The position numbers and the translations under genes are program-made. The notes under the pieces were generated by a model. It saw nothing but the letters and a program-made list of their open reading frames with translations. It was not told where the DNA came from and made no database searches. Source: an uncultured Gammaproteobacteria bacterium (lineage in GTDB: Bacteria; Pseudomonadota; Gammaproteobacteria; Steroidobacterales; Steroidobacteraceae). Taken from it: a stretch of 64,000 nt of DNA. Shown piece after piece: positions 34,561 through 45,183 of the stretch (position 1 is the stretch's first letter; each line of letters starts with the position of its first letter). The stretch spans positions 769,830 to 833,829 of the forward strand of contig CAWFQX010000004.1 of NCBI GenBank assembly GCA_963818075.1, written 5' to 3'.

Positions 34561-36015
34561 ATGAGCGCCGGCGCCGCCACTTCACAATCACATCAGCCGC
34601 TGCGCGAATCGCTGCGCATCGCCGGCGAGAAAGTATCCCGCGACCGCGTCATCGAGATTCATCACCCTTACAGCGGGGCACTGGTGGGCACGGTTCCCAA
34701 GGCCACCGCGGACGATGTCAAACGCGCGCTCAAGATCGGGCGCAGCTTCACGTCCAAGCTCACACGCCATGAGCGCTACAAGATCCTCATGCAGGCGGGT
34801 GCCATCATTGCATCGCGCCGCGATGATCTCGCGCGCTTGATCACGCTCGAGTCGGGATTGTGTCTGAAGGACTCGCAATACGAGGTCGGCCGCGCCTCGG
34901 ATGTTTTACTGTTCGCCGCCAATCAGGCGCTGGTCGACGACGGCGAGGTGTTCTCGTGCGATCTTACGGCGCATGGCAAGCGCCGCAAGGTCTACACGCT
35001 GCGCGAGCCGCTGCTCGGCGTGATCACGGCGATCACGCCGTTCAACCATCCGCTGAACCAGGTGATCCACAAGGTGGCCCCCGCGGTGGCGACCAACAAC
35101 CGCGTCGTGCTCAAGCCGAGCGAGAAGACCCCGCTCACCGCGCTTGCGTTGGCGGATGTCCTCTATGAGGCGGGTCTGCCGCCGGCGATGCTGTCGGTGC
35201 TCACCGGCGACCCGGCCGAGATCGCCGATGACCTCTTGACGAGCGGCGATGTTGACCTGGTCACCTTCACCGGAGGCGTATCGGTCGGCAAGCACATTGC
35301 CGCCAAAGCCGTTTACAAGCGTCAGGTGCTGGAACTGGGCGGGAACGATCCAATCATCGTGCTCGAGGACGCGGACCTCGAGGAGGCCGCCACGCTGGCG
35401 GCGAGCGGGTCGTACAAGAATTCCGGCCAGCGCTGCACCGCCGTGAAGCGCATCTTGGTTCAGGCGAGCATTGCCGACCGCTTCGTCGAACTGCTGGTCG
35501 AGAAGACGCGGGCCGTCAAGTACGGCGACCCGTTCGATCCCACCATGGACATGGGCACCGTGATCGACGAGGCCTCGGCGCGCCGCTTCGAGGCGGTCGT
35601 GAACCAAGCCGTGGCGGAGGGCGCCCGGCTGCTAATCGGCAATGTCCGCCGCGGGGCCTTGTACTCGCCAACCGTGCTCGACGGGGTAACGCCTGAGATG
35701 TCGGTCGTGCGGCACGAGACCTTCGGTCCGGTCTCGCCGGTGATCCGCTTCAACACCGTGGACGAGGCGATCGGCATTGCGAACGGAACCGCCTACGGAC
35801 TGTCATCATCGCTGTGTACCAACCGCATCGACCTCATCACCCGCTTCGTCCAGGAGCTGCAGGTCGGCAGCGTGAACGTGCGGGAAGTCCCGGGCTACCG
35901 TCTGGAGATGACGCCGTTCGGCGGCATCAAGGACTCCGGGCTGGGCTATAAGGAAGGCGTACTGGAAGCCATGAAGAGTTTCTGCAACACGAAGACTTAT
36001 TCCCTGCCCTGGTAA
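34561..36015 (+). CDS. phnY: phosphonoacetaldehyde dehydrogenase (aldehyde dehydrogenase superfamily)
   Basis: 484 aa. ALDH motifs are present (VLELGGNDP and the catalytic Cys in NSGQRCTAVKR). The context is between phnA and phnW. Confidence 0.78.
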   Translation: MSAGAATSQSHQPLRESLRIAGEKVSRDRVIEIHHPYSGALVGTVPKATADDVKRALKIGRSFTSKLTRHERYKILMQAGAIIASRRDDLARLITLESGLCLKDSQYEVGRASDVLLFAANQALVDDGEVFSCDLTAHGKRRKVYTLREPLLGVITAITPFNHPLNQVIHKVAPAVATNNRVVLKPSEKTPLTALALADVLYEAGLPPAMLSVLTGDPAEIADDLLTSGDVDLVTFTGGVSVGKHIAAKAVYKRQVLELGGNDPIIVLEDADLEEAATLAASGSYKNSGQRCTAVKRILVQASIADRFVELLVEKTRAVKYGDPFDPTMDMGTVIDEASARRFEAVVNQAVAEGARLLIGNVRRGALYSPTVLDGVTPEMSVVRHETFGPVSPVIRFNTVDEAIGIANGTAYGLSSSLCTNRIDLITRFVQELQVGSVNVREVPGYRLEMTPFGGIKDSGLGYKEGVLEAMKSFCNTKTYSLPW

Positions 36016-36027
36016 ACGCGAACGCAC

Positions 36028-37739
36028 ATGGGCAGTACCGTCATTCTTGACCTCATGGGGGGAGTCGCGCTGCTCCTCTGGGGCCTGCACATGGTCCACA
36101 GCGGGGTGGTGCGCGCTTTCGGCGCCGATCTGCGGCGTCTGTTGGGACTCGCGCTCAAGGGTAGGTTTCGCGCATTTCTAGCGGGCGCTTTCGTCACGGC
36201 TCTGCTTCAGAGCAGCACGGCGACGGGATTGATGGTCGCGTCCTTCGTGACCAGCGGCACCTTGGATCTTGCTCCCGCGCTCGCCGTGATGCTCGGCGCC
36301 AATGTGGGCACCACGCTCGTCGTCCAGATTCTTTCTTTCAACATTGCCGTCGTCACGCCCGTCCTTTTATTGGCAGGGGTGATCGCATTCAAACGCGGCG
36401 CGAGGACCCGTACGCGCGATCTGGGCCGCGTGGTCATCGGAATCGGCCTGATGCTGCTGGCGCTGCACATCTTTCTCGATGCATTGGTCACGACCGAGAG
36501 CGCGGCAGTCTCACGCGCGTTGCTGGGCGCGATCGCCGGTCAGCCGCTGCTGTGTTTGCTTATCGCCGCCGCCATTACCTGGGTCGCGCACTCGAGCGTG
36601 GCCGTGGTGCTCGTCGTGATGTCCCTTGGCGCGGCCCACCTCGTTCCCCCGACTGCCGTGCTCGCCATGGTGCTCGGGGCGAATCTCGGCAGCGCCCTCA
36701 ATCCGCTGATCGAGACCAGTCAGCCGGGGAATCTCGCGAGCCGGCGCCTGCCGATCGGCAATCTCCTGACCCGCGTGGTCGGTTGCGCGCTGGTGCTGCC
36801 GTTTTTGATACCGATCACGGACCTGCTGCAGCGCTACGAGCCGAACCCCGCGCGTCTCGCCGCCGATTTTCACACGGCCTTCAACGTGCTGCTCGCGCTC
36901 ATGTTCATCGGCCCGCTGGATTTCATCGCCACCCGGCTCACGCGCTGGCTCCCCGAGCAGCCGAAGAGCGCCGACCCCGGTACCCCCGTATATCTCGACT
37001 CTTCCGCCACCGGCGCTCCCGCCGTGGCACTGGTCTGCGCGGCGCGCGAAGTCCTGCGGATGGGCGATGTGGTTGAAACGATGCTGCGCCAGGCCATGAC
37101 GGCGCTGCTTGAACAACGATCGCAAGCTCGTCGCCGAGATCAGCCGGATGGACGACGCCGTCGACAGCCTCAATGAAGCGGTCAAGTTGTACGTCACGCG
37201 CATGACGCGCGACAGCCTGGATGACCGCGACGGCTATCGCGCAATGGAGATCATCTCATTCTCGATCAATCTGGAGCACGTCGGCGACATCATCGACAAG
37301 AATCTGATGGACCTTGCGTCGAAGAAGATCCGGCGCGGCATCACCTTCTCGAAGGAAGGGGAAGCCGATCTGGTGGAGTTTCACCAGCAAGTCGTCGACA
37401 GCCTGAGGCTCTCGGTCGGAATTTTCATGTCGGGCGACATCGAGGTCGCACGCCAGCTCGATAGCTGCAAAAGCGCAGCTGCGCGAGCGAGAATTCGCGC
37501 TCGCCGAGCGCTATCTGTCGCGCCTGCGCGAAGGGACGCCGGATACGATCGAGTCGTACTCGCTCGATTTGGACATCTTGCGCGATCTGAAGCGGGTTCA
37601 TTCGCATCTTTGTTCGGCCGCGTATCCCGTCCTCGAGCGCGCGGGCGCGCTGCAGCGCAGCCGTCTCAAGGACCCTGTATTTGGCAGGCGCAAGGCGCCG
37701 GCAAAGCGCTTGCCGAGCAAACCCGTAGGAACGCCATGA
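36028..37739 (+). pseudogene. Na+/phosphate cotransporter family protein (NptA-like with PhoU-like C-terminal domain), two frame disruptions
   Basis: The TM domain is in ORF 36028..37176 (LLQSSTATGLMV). The frame changes at about 37100 (TALL|[18 protein letters not shown]) and again at about 37455. The final segment ...[23 protein letters not shown] ends at the TGA at 37737-37739, overlapping the phnW ATG. Confidence 0.72.
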
Positions 37740-38843
37740 CCGACCCGATACTGCTGACGCCCGGCCCACTGACGACCTCGGCGCAAACCAGGTCTGCGAT
37801 GCTCACGGACTGGGGTTCGTGGGACAGCGCCTTCAATGAATTGACCGCCTCGGTATGCCGCGACCTGGTTGCCATCGTCGATGCGCAAGCCGAACACGTT
37901 TGCGTGCCGCTGCAGGGGAGCGGGACGTTCGCGGTCGAAGCAGCGCTCGGCACGCTCGTGCCAAGGGGCGGCAAGGTACTGGTGCCGGACAACGGCAGCT
38001 ATTGCAAACGCATCGTGCGGATCCTGGGGTATCTGGGCCGCGAGGCGATCGTGCTGCCGCACGGCGAACAGGAACCGGCAGATCCGATGCGAATCGACGC
38101 CGCCCTCGGCGCGGATCCGGCGATCACGCACGTCGCGCAAGTGCACTGCGAAACCGGCACGGGGATCTTGAATCCGCTGGCCGAGATCGCCGGCGATCGT
38201 TGCAAAGCGCGGGCGCGGCTTGATCGTGGATGCGATGAGTTCCTACGGGGCCATCCCCATCGATGCCCGAACCCTGCGCTTCGACGCTCTCATCGCGGCG
38301 TCGGGCAAATGCCTCGAGGGCGTGCCGGGCATGGGTTTCGTCATCGCGCGGCGGACGGTGCTGGAGCGCTCCGCCGGCAACAGCGGTTCACTCGTCATGG
38401 ACTTGCTCGACCAGTGGCAGTACATGCAGAAGACGGGGCAGTGGCGCTTTACGCCGCCCACCCACGTCGTCGCCGCGTTGCGTGCGGCGATCGATCAGTA
38501 TCAGGCGCAGGGCGGATTGGCGGCTCGGCTGGCGCGCTACACCGAGAATTGCGCGGCGCTCGTGTCCGGCATGCGGGCGCTGGGCTTCAGGACTTTCCTG
38601 CCGGACGCCCTGCAGGCGCCCATCATCGTGACGTTCCACTCCCCACCCGATCCCAAGTATGACTTCGCGGAGTTCTATCGTCGGGTGCGCGATCGCGGGT
38701 TCACCCTATACCCTGGTAAGCTCACGGCCGTCGATACGTTCAGGGTCGGCTGCATCGGCGCGATCGGCGCAGGCAGCTTGCGGCAGGCAGTTGCTGCCGT
38801 CGCCGACACCTTGCGCGACATGGGAGTGAATCGGCTGAGCTGA
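37736..38843 (+). pseudogene. phnW: 2-aminoethylphosphonate--pyruvate transaminase, one frame disruption near 38190
   Basis: [15 protein letters not shown]... is in the frame of ORF 37109..38662 up to LAEIA. It then continues as [24 protein letters not shown]... to the stop in the frame of ORF 38220..38843. Confidence 0.8.
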
Positions 38844-38864
38844 ACTCGAGCAAAGGACGTTAAC

Positions 38865-40331
38865 GTGGCAAGGGTACCTCAAGGTGTTGGTCCGCGGTTT
38901 CCGCAAGTCGTGGTTCTGGTGGGCGCGACCGGCGATCTCTCCCGCCGCAGATTGCTGCCCGGCATGTTTCATCTCGTCGAGCTCGGGATTCATCCCGGGA
39001 TGCCGCATCATCGGCGTATCCCTCGATGATCTCGATTCCGATGGCTTTCGCAAATTCGCCCGCGAGGCACTTGCCGAATTCTCCACCCGCAAGGTGGTCG
39101 AGGCCGACTGGGATGCCTTTGCGAACAACCTGCACTACATGCCGATGGCGGCCGGCGCCGAAGCGCTGAAGGCAGCCGTAATCGAGGCGGAACAAGCCTT
39201 CAACGGCGAGAGCCGCCGGCTCCACTATCTCAGCGTGCCGCCGAATGCGGCACTGTCGGCGGTGCGCCTGCTCGGAGAAGCCGGCTTGGTCGACCGCTCG
39301 CGCGATCATCATGGAGAAACCGTTCGGCACCGATCTCGAGAGCGCGGTCGCGTTGAATGCCAGGCTGCACGAGGTCTTCGATGAAGACCAGATCTTCCGC
39401 ATCGACCACTTCCTCGGCAAGGAGGCGGCGCAGAATATTCTTGCATTCCGCTTCGCCAATGGACTGTTCGAGCCCATCTGGAACCGCAATTTCATCGATC
39501 ACGTGCAGATCGACGTCCCCGAGAAGCTGAGTCTCGGCAAGCGTTCCGGCTTCTACGAACAGACCGGCGCCTATCGCGACATGGTGGTGACCCACTTGTT
39601 CCAGATTCTCGGGTTCATGGCGATGGAGGCGCCGACCTCCCTGGAGCCGGAACCAATCAGCGAGGAAAAGAACAAGGTGTTTCGCAGCATGCTGCCGATC
39701 AAGCCCGGCCGATGTCATCCGCGGCCAGTACACGGGGTATCGCACCGAGGAGGGCGTGTCGAGCGACTCGGATACGGAAACCTTCATTGCCTTGAGATGC
39801 TTCATCGACAACTGGCGCTGGGCCGGCGTGCCGTTCTATCTGCGCACCGGCAAACGCTGGCGCAGGGGCAGCGAATCATTTCGATCGCATTCAAGGAGCC
39901 GCCCAAGAGCATGTTTCCGGCCGGGTCCGGCGTCAGTGCGCAAGGACCGGATCACCTGACGTTCGACCTGGCGGACGCGGCGAAGATGTCGCTGTAGTTT
40001 CTACGGCAAGCGGCCCGGACCCGGCATGCGGCTGGACAAGCTGAGCATGCAGTTCGCCATGCACGACACCGGACATATCGGCGATGTGCTCGAAGCGTAC
40101 GAGCGTTTGATCCTGGATGCCATGCGCGGCGATCACACGCTGTTCACGACCGCGGAGGGAATCGAGCGGCTGTGGGAGGTGTCGACGACCCTCCTGGATT
40201 CGCCGCCGCCGGTGCGCTTCTACGACCCGGGATCATGGGGGCCGAACGCAATCCACCAGCTCATCGCACCTCATGCCTGGCGCCTGCCCTTCGAGCGGGT
40301 CTGGCGAGATCCCAACACCGTGGGCGCCTGA
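38865..40331 (+). pseudogene. zwf: glucose-6-phosphate dehydrogenase with five frame disruptions
   Basis: The GTG at 38865 follows AAAGGA. VLVGATGDLSRRRLLPGMFHLVELG | FIPGCRIIGVSL... | IIMEKPFGTDL...RIDHFLGKE...[11 protein letters not shown] | [10 protein letters not shown]...FYLRTGKR | ...FKEPP...KMSL | SFYGKRPG...YDPGSWGP. Each bar marks a change of frame. Confidence 0.85.
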
Positions 40332-40345
40332 GCCGACGATTCCCC

Positions 40346-43298
40346 ATGCAGCCCGAATGGCAAGCCATCGTGTCCGGCAACGCGGAGCTGAAGCTGTCCA
40401 CGGCGGCTCGCGGGGCGCAGCACGGCGCTGCAGATGGATTTCGATTTCAAAGGGGGCGGGGGCTTCGTGGTCGCGCGCCGCGCGCTCAGCCGTCCCATGC
40501 CGGAGGAATACGCGGTGACGTTCCGGCTGCGCGGCCGCGGCGCGCCGAATAATCTGGAGCTGAAGCTGGTGGACGCGACCGGCCAGAACGTGTGGCGGCA
40601 TGTGCACAAGGACCTGCAGCCGCCGGCGCGTTGGAAGCGAATGAGGGTGGACAGCCGCGACATCGAATTTGCCTGGGGGCCGTCGAGCGGCGGGCGCATC
40701 TCAGGAGCTCGGCACGCATGGAGTTCGCCATCGTCGCGGGTGAGGGCGGCAAGGGCACCTGTGTGGATTGCCGATGTCGAGATCGAGGATTGCACCCCGC
40801 GAGCTCCGCAGGCCGCGCTCGAGCGCATGCCGGATTTCGAGCGCCGGCGCTGCCCGGCCCGGCTGGAAGCCCGCCCGATGATCGCGTCCTGGATCGCGAT
40901 CGACTCGATGGAGCCGCGCACCATCGGCGGTTTGATCATCGATTGGCCGAGGACCGCGCCGGCGAGCGGCTTTCGCGTGCGCGGCTCGAACAGCGGGTTG
41001 CGCTGGAAAACCTTGTACTCCGCCGAGACGGCGGGCGGCAAACGCAGCTACGTGTATCTGCCCGGGCTCAAGACCCGATTTCTGCGCCTGGAAGCTCGAT
41101 GAGCCGTCGGCGGGGGCCGCACTGCGAGCTGCAGTCCTTCGAGTTCTCGCGTTCCATCCATGCCTTCTGGAACAACGTCGCCGCCGGCGAAGCACGCGGC
41201 TGGCATCCGCGCTGGCTGCACAACGAACAGAGCGTATGGACGCCCTTCGGCACCGCCAACGGCATTCACTGCGCGACTCATGAACGAGGATGGCATGGTC
41301 GAGGTCGACCAGGGATCGTTCTCGATCGAGCCCATGCTATGGATCAAGGACCGGCTCTACACCTGGGCGGACGTTGAGCTCGCGGCAGGAACTGCTCGAG
41401 GATTGGATGCCGGTGCCGTCCGTGATTTGGGGGACGGAAGAGTGGCGTCTGCGCGTACAAGCCGAGGCGACGCCGAGCGGCGTGTCGCGTGTGCGTTATC
41501 GGTTCGAGAATCTCGCGGATCGACCACTGTTCGGCCCGCTTGTTCGTGCTGCTGCGGCCGTTTCAAGTCACGCCGCCGTGGCAGAGTTTCCGCAATTTGG
41601 GCGGCGTCAGCCCGATCCGGGACCTCGGCATGGCGGGACGGGGCGGTGCGCGTCAACGAGACCACGCTGATCGTGCCCGCGATCGGCGCCGGGACGGTGC
41701 GCCCCCTCGGCTTCGGCGCGCTGCGTTTCGACGACGGATTCATGGCGGATTACCTGACATCGGGCGCGCTTCCCGCCGCAGTGCAGGTGCATGATTCCTT
41801 CGGCTTCGCCACCGGAGCGCTCGGATTCGAACTGTCGAGCGAGGGGCATCAGACCGCCGAAGTCGTATTGAACTGCATGCCGCTCGCCGCGGCGCCCGCG
41901 GCGGCCGAACCAGCATTCGATTGGAGCACCACCCTGGCCGTGACGCAGTGGGCCGGCAATGGCTGGATGACCGATGCCGTGCGCGCGGCGCTCACGGCGA
42001 CCGCGCATGTTCTGGTGACGCGCTCCGGACCCGCTTTGCAGCCGGGACCGCGCCGCTACACCCGTTCCTGGATTCGCGACGGCGCCATGATGAGCGCGGC
42101 ACTGCTGCGCATGGGGCACGCGGCGGAAGTGCGCGAGTTCATCCGCTGGTACGCGCCGCATCAGCGCGCCGATGGCTTCGTGCCCTGCTGCGTCGATAGC
42201 GAGGGAACCGATTGGCTGGTCGAACACGACAGTCACGGCGAATTGCTGGCATTGATCGCCGACTACCATCGATTCACCGCGGATGACGCCTTCATTGGCG
42301 AATCGTGGCCGTACATCGACAAGGCGGCCGGCTGCATCGAACGGCTGTTGGGGGAAGATGGACTGCTGCCGATATCGGTGAGCCACGAGGGCTATCTTGC
42401 GCAGCCGGTGCATTCCTATTGGGACGACTTCTGGGCGCTGCGCGGATTGCGCGATGCGGCGGACCTGGCGGGCAAGATGGGGCGCGAGGCGTGCAGCGCA
42501 ACGCTGGGCGGCGCTTGGCGACGCGGCTCGCGGCTTCGCTGTTCGCGTCGATCGAGGCAACCCGGGCGCAGCGCAAGCTGCGACTTCATTCCGGGCAGCA
42601 TCGAGTGGGCGGATTTCGATCCCACGGCGACCGCGAATGCGATTTACCTGCTCGATGTGCCCGAGGCGCTCGATCGCGACGGCCGTCGAGCGCACCTTCG
42701 ACAAGTATCTGGCCGACTGGCGCGGCAAGCGCAGTGGCGCCGTTCCATGGACCGAACTACACGCCATATGAGATTCGCATCATCGGCGCGCTGGTGCGCC
42801 TGGGAAGGCGCGACGCGGCGCTGGAGCTGCTGCGCTTCTTTTTGTCGGATCGCCGCCCGCGGCCCTGGAACCAGTGGCCGGAGATCGCGTGGCGGGACCA
42901 CAAGGCGCCCGCCCACGTCGGCGATCTGCCGCACACCTGGATTGCCGCCGAATACGTGCTCGCCGTGCGCAGCCTCTTCGCCTACGAGCGCGAAGCCGAT
43001 CGCATCCCTGATCCTGGCGGCGGGCTTGGCGCCCGAATGGATCGAGGGGTCCGGCGTTGAGGTGAGCGCAGATGCCGACGCTCTACGGCCCGTTGAGCTA
43101 TTCGCTGCGCAGGATGGATGCCGCAACCTTGCGATTCGAGATCGGCGGCGGAATCGCCGCCAAGATGATTCTGCGTCCGCCGCTGCGGCGCGCGCTGCGC
43201 AGCGTGATGGTCGATGGCAGCGGCGTGCTCGAGTTTCGACAAGGATTCCGTGACTGCTGCTGCGCACGCCCGCGGAAGTCATCTGCACCACGTTTTGA
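40346..43298 (+). pseudogene. discoidin (F5/8 type C)-like domain plus GH15/six-hairpin glycosidase-like protein, heavily frameshifted (about 15-20 frame changes)
   Basis: Conserved-looking segments are scattered over all three + frames. Examples are NLELKLVDATGQNVW, SGFRVRGSNSGLRWKTLY, the WxRD-type motif in YTRSWIRDGAMMSAALL, HEGYLAQPVHSYWDDFWALRGL and GDLPHTWIAAEYVLAVRSLF. The inferred C-terminus is ...TPAEVICTTF with the stop at 43296-43298. Confidence 0.55.
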
Positions 43299-43458
43299 AA
43301 ATTTTGCGCATGGGCTGCGCACGGCCGGTGAGTGGTATCCTGCATCCTTAACGCGCGGCAGAGTGCTGAGCCAAGGTGACAGAACGCTCGACGGAAATTT
43401 CCGGCACTGCACCCGAGGGTGAGGCCGCTCACTTGGGCTTGGGCGGCAGATCGGCCTC

Positions 43459-45183
43459 GTGAGCCGCACGATCTTCGGCTCGCCGCGTGGGCAAGAGCGC
43501 TCGTACTTGGTGCTGGCGGCCATCATGCTGGTCGTCGCGGCCACCGCCTACGGACAGATTCGCCTCAACCGCTGGAACAAGCCTTTCTACGATGCGCTGT
43601 CGCGCCGCGACCTGCGGGACTTTCTCTTCCAGCTCGGCGTCTTCTTCCTGATCGCGGGGTTCCTGCTCACGCTCAACGTGGTGCAGCGATGGCTGGTCGA
43701 AACCTTGGAGCTCAAGCTGCGCGAGGGGCTCGTGCTCGGCCTGCTTCACGATTGGATGCTGCCGCGCCGGGCGTTCTGGCTCGCCAATGCGGGAACCATG
43801 GGCGTCAATCCGGATCAGCGCATCCACGAAGATGCGCGCAAACTCTGCGAGCTGTCGGCGGATCTCTGGCGTCGGATTGCTGCAGGCGTCGATGTTGTTC
43901 CTGACCTTTGCCGGCGTGCTCTGGGGTCTGTCGAACGATTTCATTTTCCGCTTCGGCGACCGCGACTACACGGTTCCCGGCTTCATGGTGTGGGCGGCCA
44001 TCCTCTATGCGAGCGCGGGCTCGCTTCTGAGCTACTGGGTCGGGCGCGGCCTCATCGGCCGCAACGCCGAGCGCTATGCGCGCGAGGCCGATCTGCGCTT
44101 TTCGCTGGTGCGCGTCAACGAGCATGTCGATGACATTTCGTCTGGCGCAGGGCGAGGCGGACGAGAGACGCCGCATCGAGCTGCATCTCGGCAATGTGCT
44201 CGCGGCGACGCGCCGCATCGTCATGGGGTCACGCCAATCTCACCTGGGTCACCGCCGGCTTCGGCTGGGTCACGATGGTCGCGCCGATACTCGTCGCCGC
44301 GCCTCTGTATTTCAGCGGCAAGGTATCCTTCGGCGGTCTGATGATGGCGGCCGGCGCATTCACCCAGGCGCAGTCCTCGCTGCGCTGGTTCATCGACAAT
44401 TTCAGCGTCATCGCCGACTGGCGCGCGACGTTGCTGCGAGTCGCGAATTTCCGCCATGCGCTGATCACGACCACGCATGAACCGCAGCGGATTCGAGAGC
44501 CGCATCGCCTACAGCGAGGGCGAGCCGGGTGCGATTTCGATCGACGACCTGGAGATCGTCTCCTCCGCCAACGCCGACATGCTCAAGGAAACGAAGGTGG
44601 TCGTGAAGACGGGCGAGCGCGTCCTCATTCTGGGCGCGCCGGGAACCGGCAAGACGCAGCTGTTTCGCGCATTGGCGGGATTCTGGCCCTGGGGCCCGGG
44701 CAGCATCACGCGGCCCGCGCGGCGAGCAGATATTCTACCTGCCGCGCGGCACGCCCTACATGCCCCGCGGAACCTTGCGCGAAGTGCTCGCATATCCCTT
44801 GAAGGCCGAAAGTTTCGACGAGAGCGCCTTCACGCGCGCGCTGTACCGCCTGGGTCTCGAACGCCTCGCGCCGCTGCTCGATACCACTCACCGCTGGGAT
44901 CGGGAATTGAGTCAGGACGAGCAGCTGTGTCTCGCCTTTGCCCGCATCTTGCTGCAGACGCCGCCCTGGGTGCTCATCGACGGCACGTTCGGCTCGCTCG
45001 ATGACGACGTGCTCGAACTGGTCATCGACGTGTTCAGCAACGAGCTGCAGCGCACCGGCGTCATCCACATCGGCGGCCCCGCTCGAGGCGCACCCGCTGT
45101 TCACCCGCGTCCTGCATCTCATCAAGGCGCGCCGGTCTGCGCCGGTTGCCGCGCCCGCGAAAGAACCTGGAAATAGCGAATGA
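43459..45183 (+). pseudogene. ABC half-transporter with SbmA/BacA-like membrane domain (YddA-like), about six frame disruptions
   Basis: The membrane-domain segment is LNRWNKPFYDAL.... Also present are Walker A GAPGTGKTQL and the signature-like LSQDEQLCLAFARILL. The Walker B region reads VLIDGTFGSLD and lacks the usual catalytic Glu. The pieces lie in the frames of ORFs 43459, 43787, 44076, 44194, 44477, 44760 and 44938. The start is uncertain. Confidence 0.65.

Noticed and set aside
37109-38662. ORF-track entry 37109..38662 read as a single 517-aa protein.
   Set aside because: It is a chimera. It contains the middle part of the Na/Pi cotransporter, an out-of-frame stretch, and then the N-terminal two thirds of phnW, which happens to be in the same frame.
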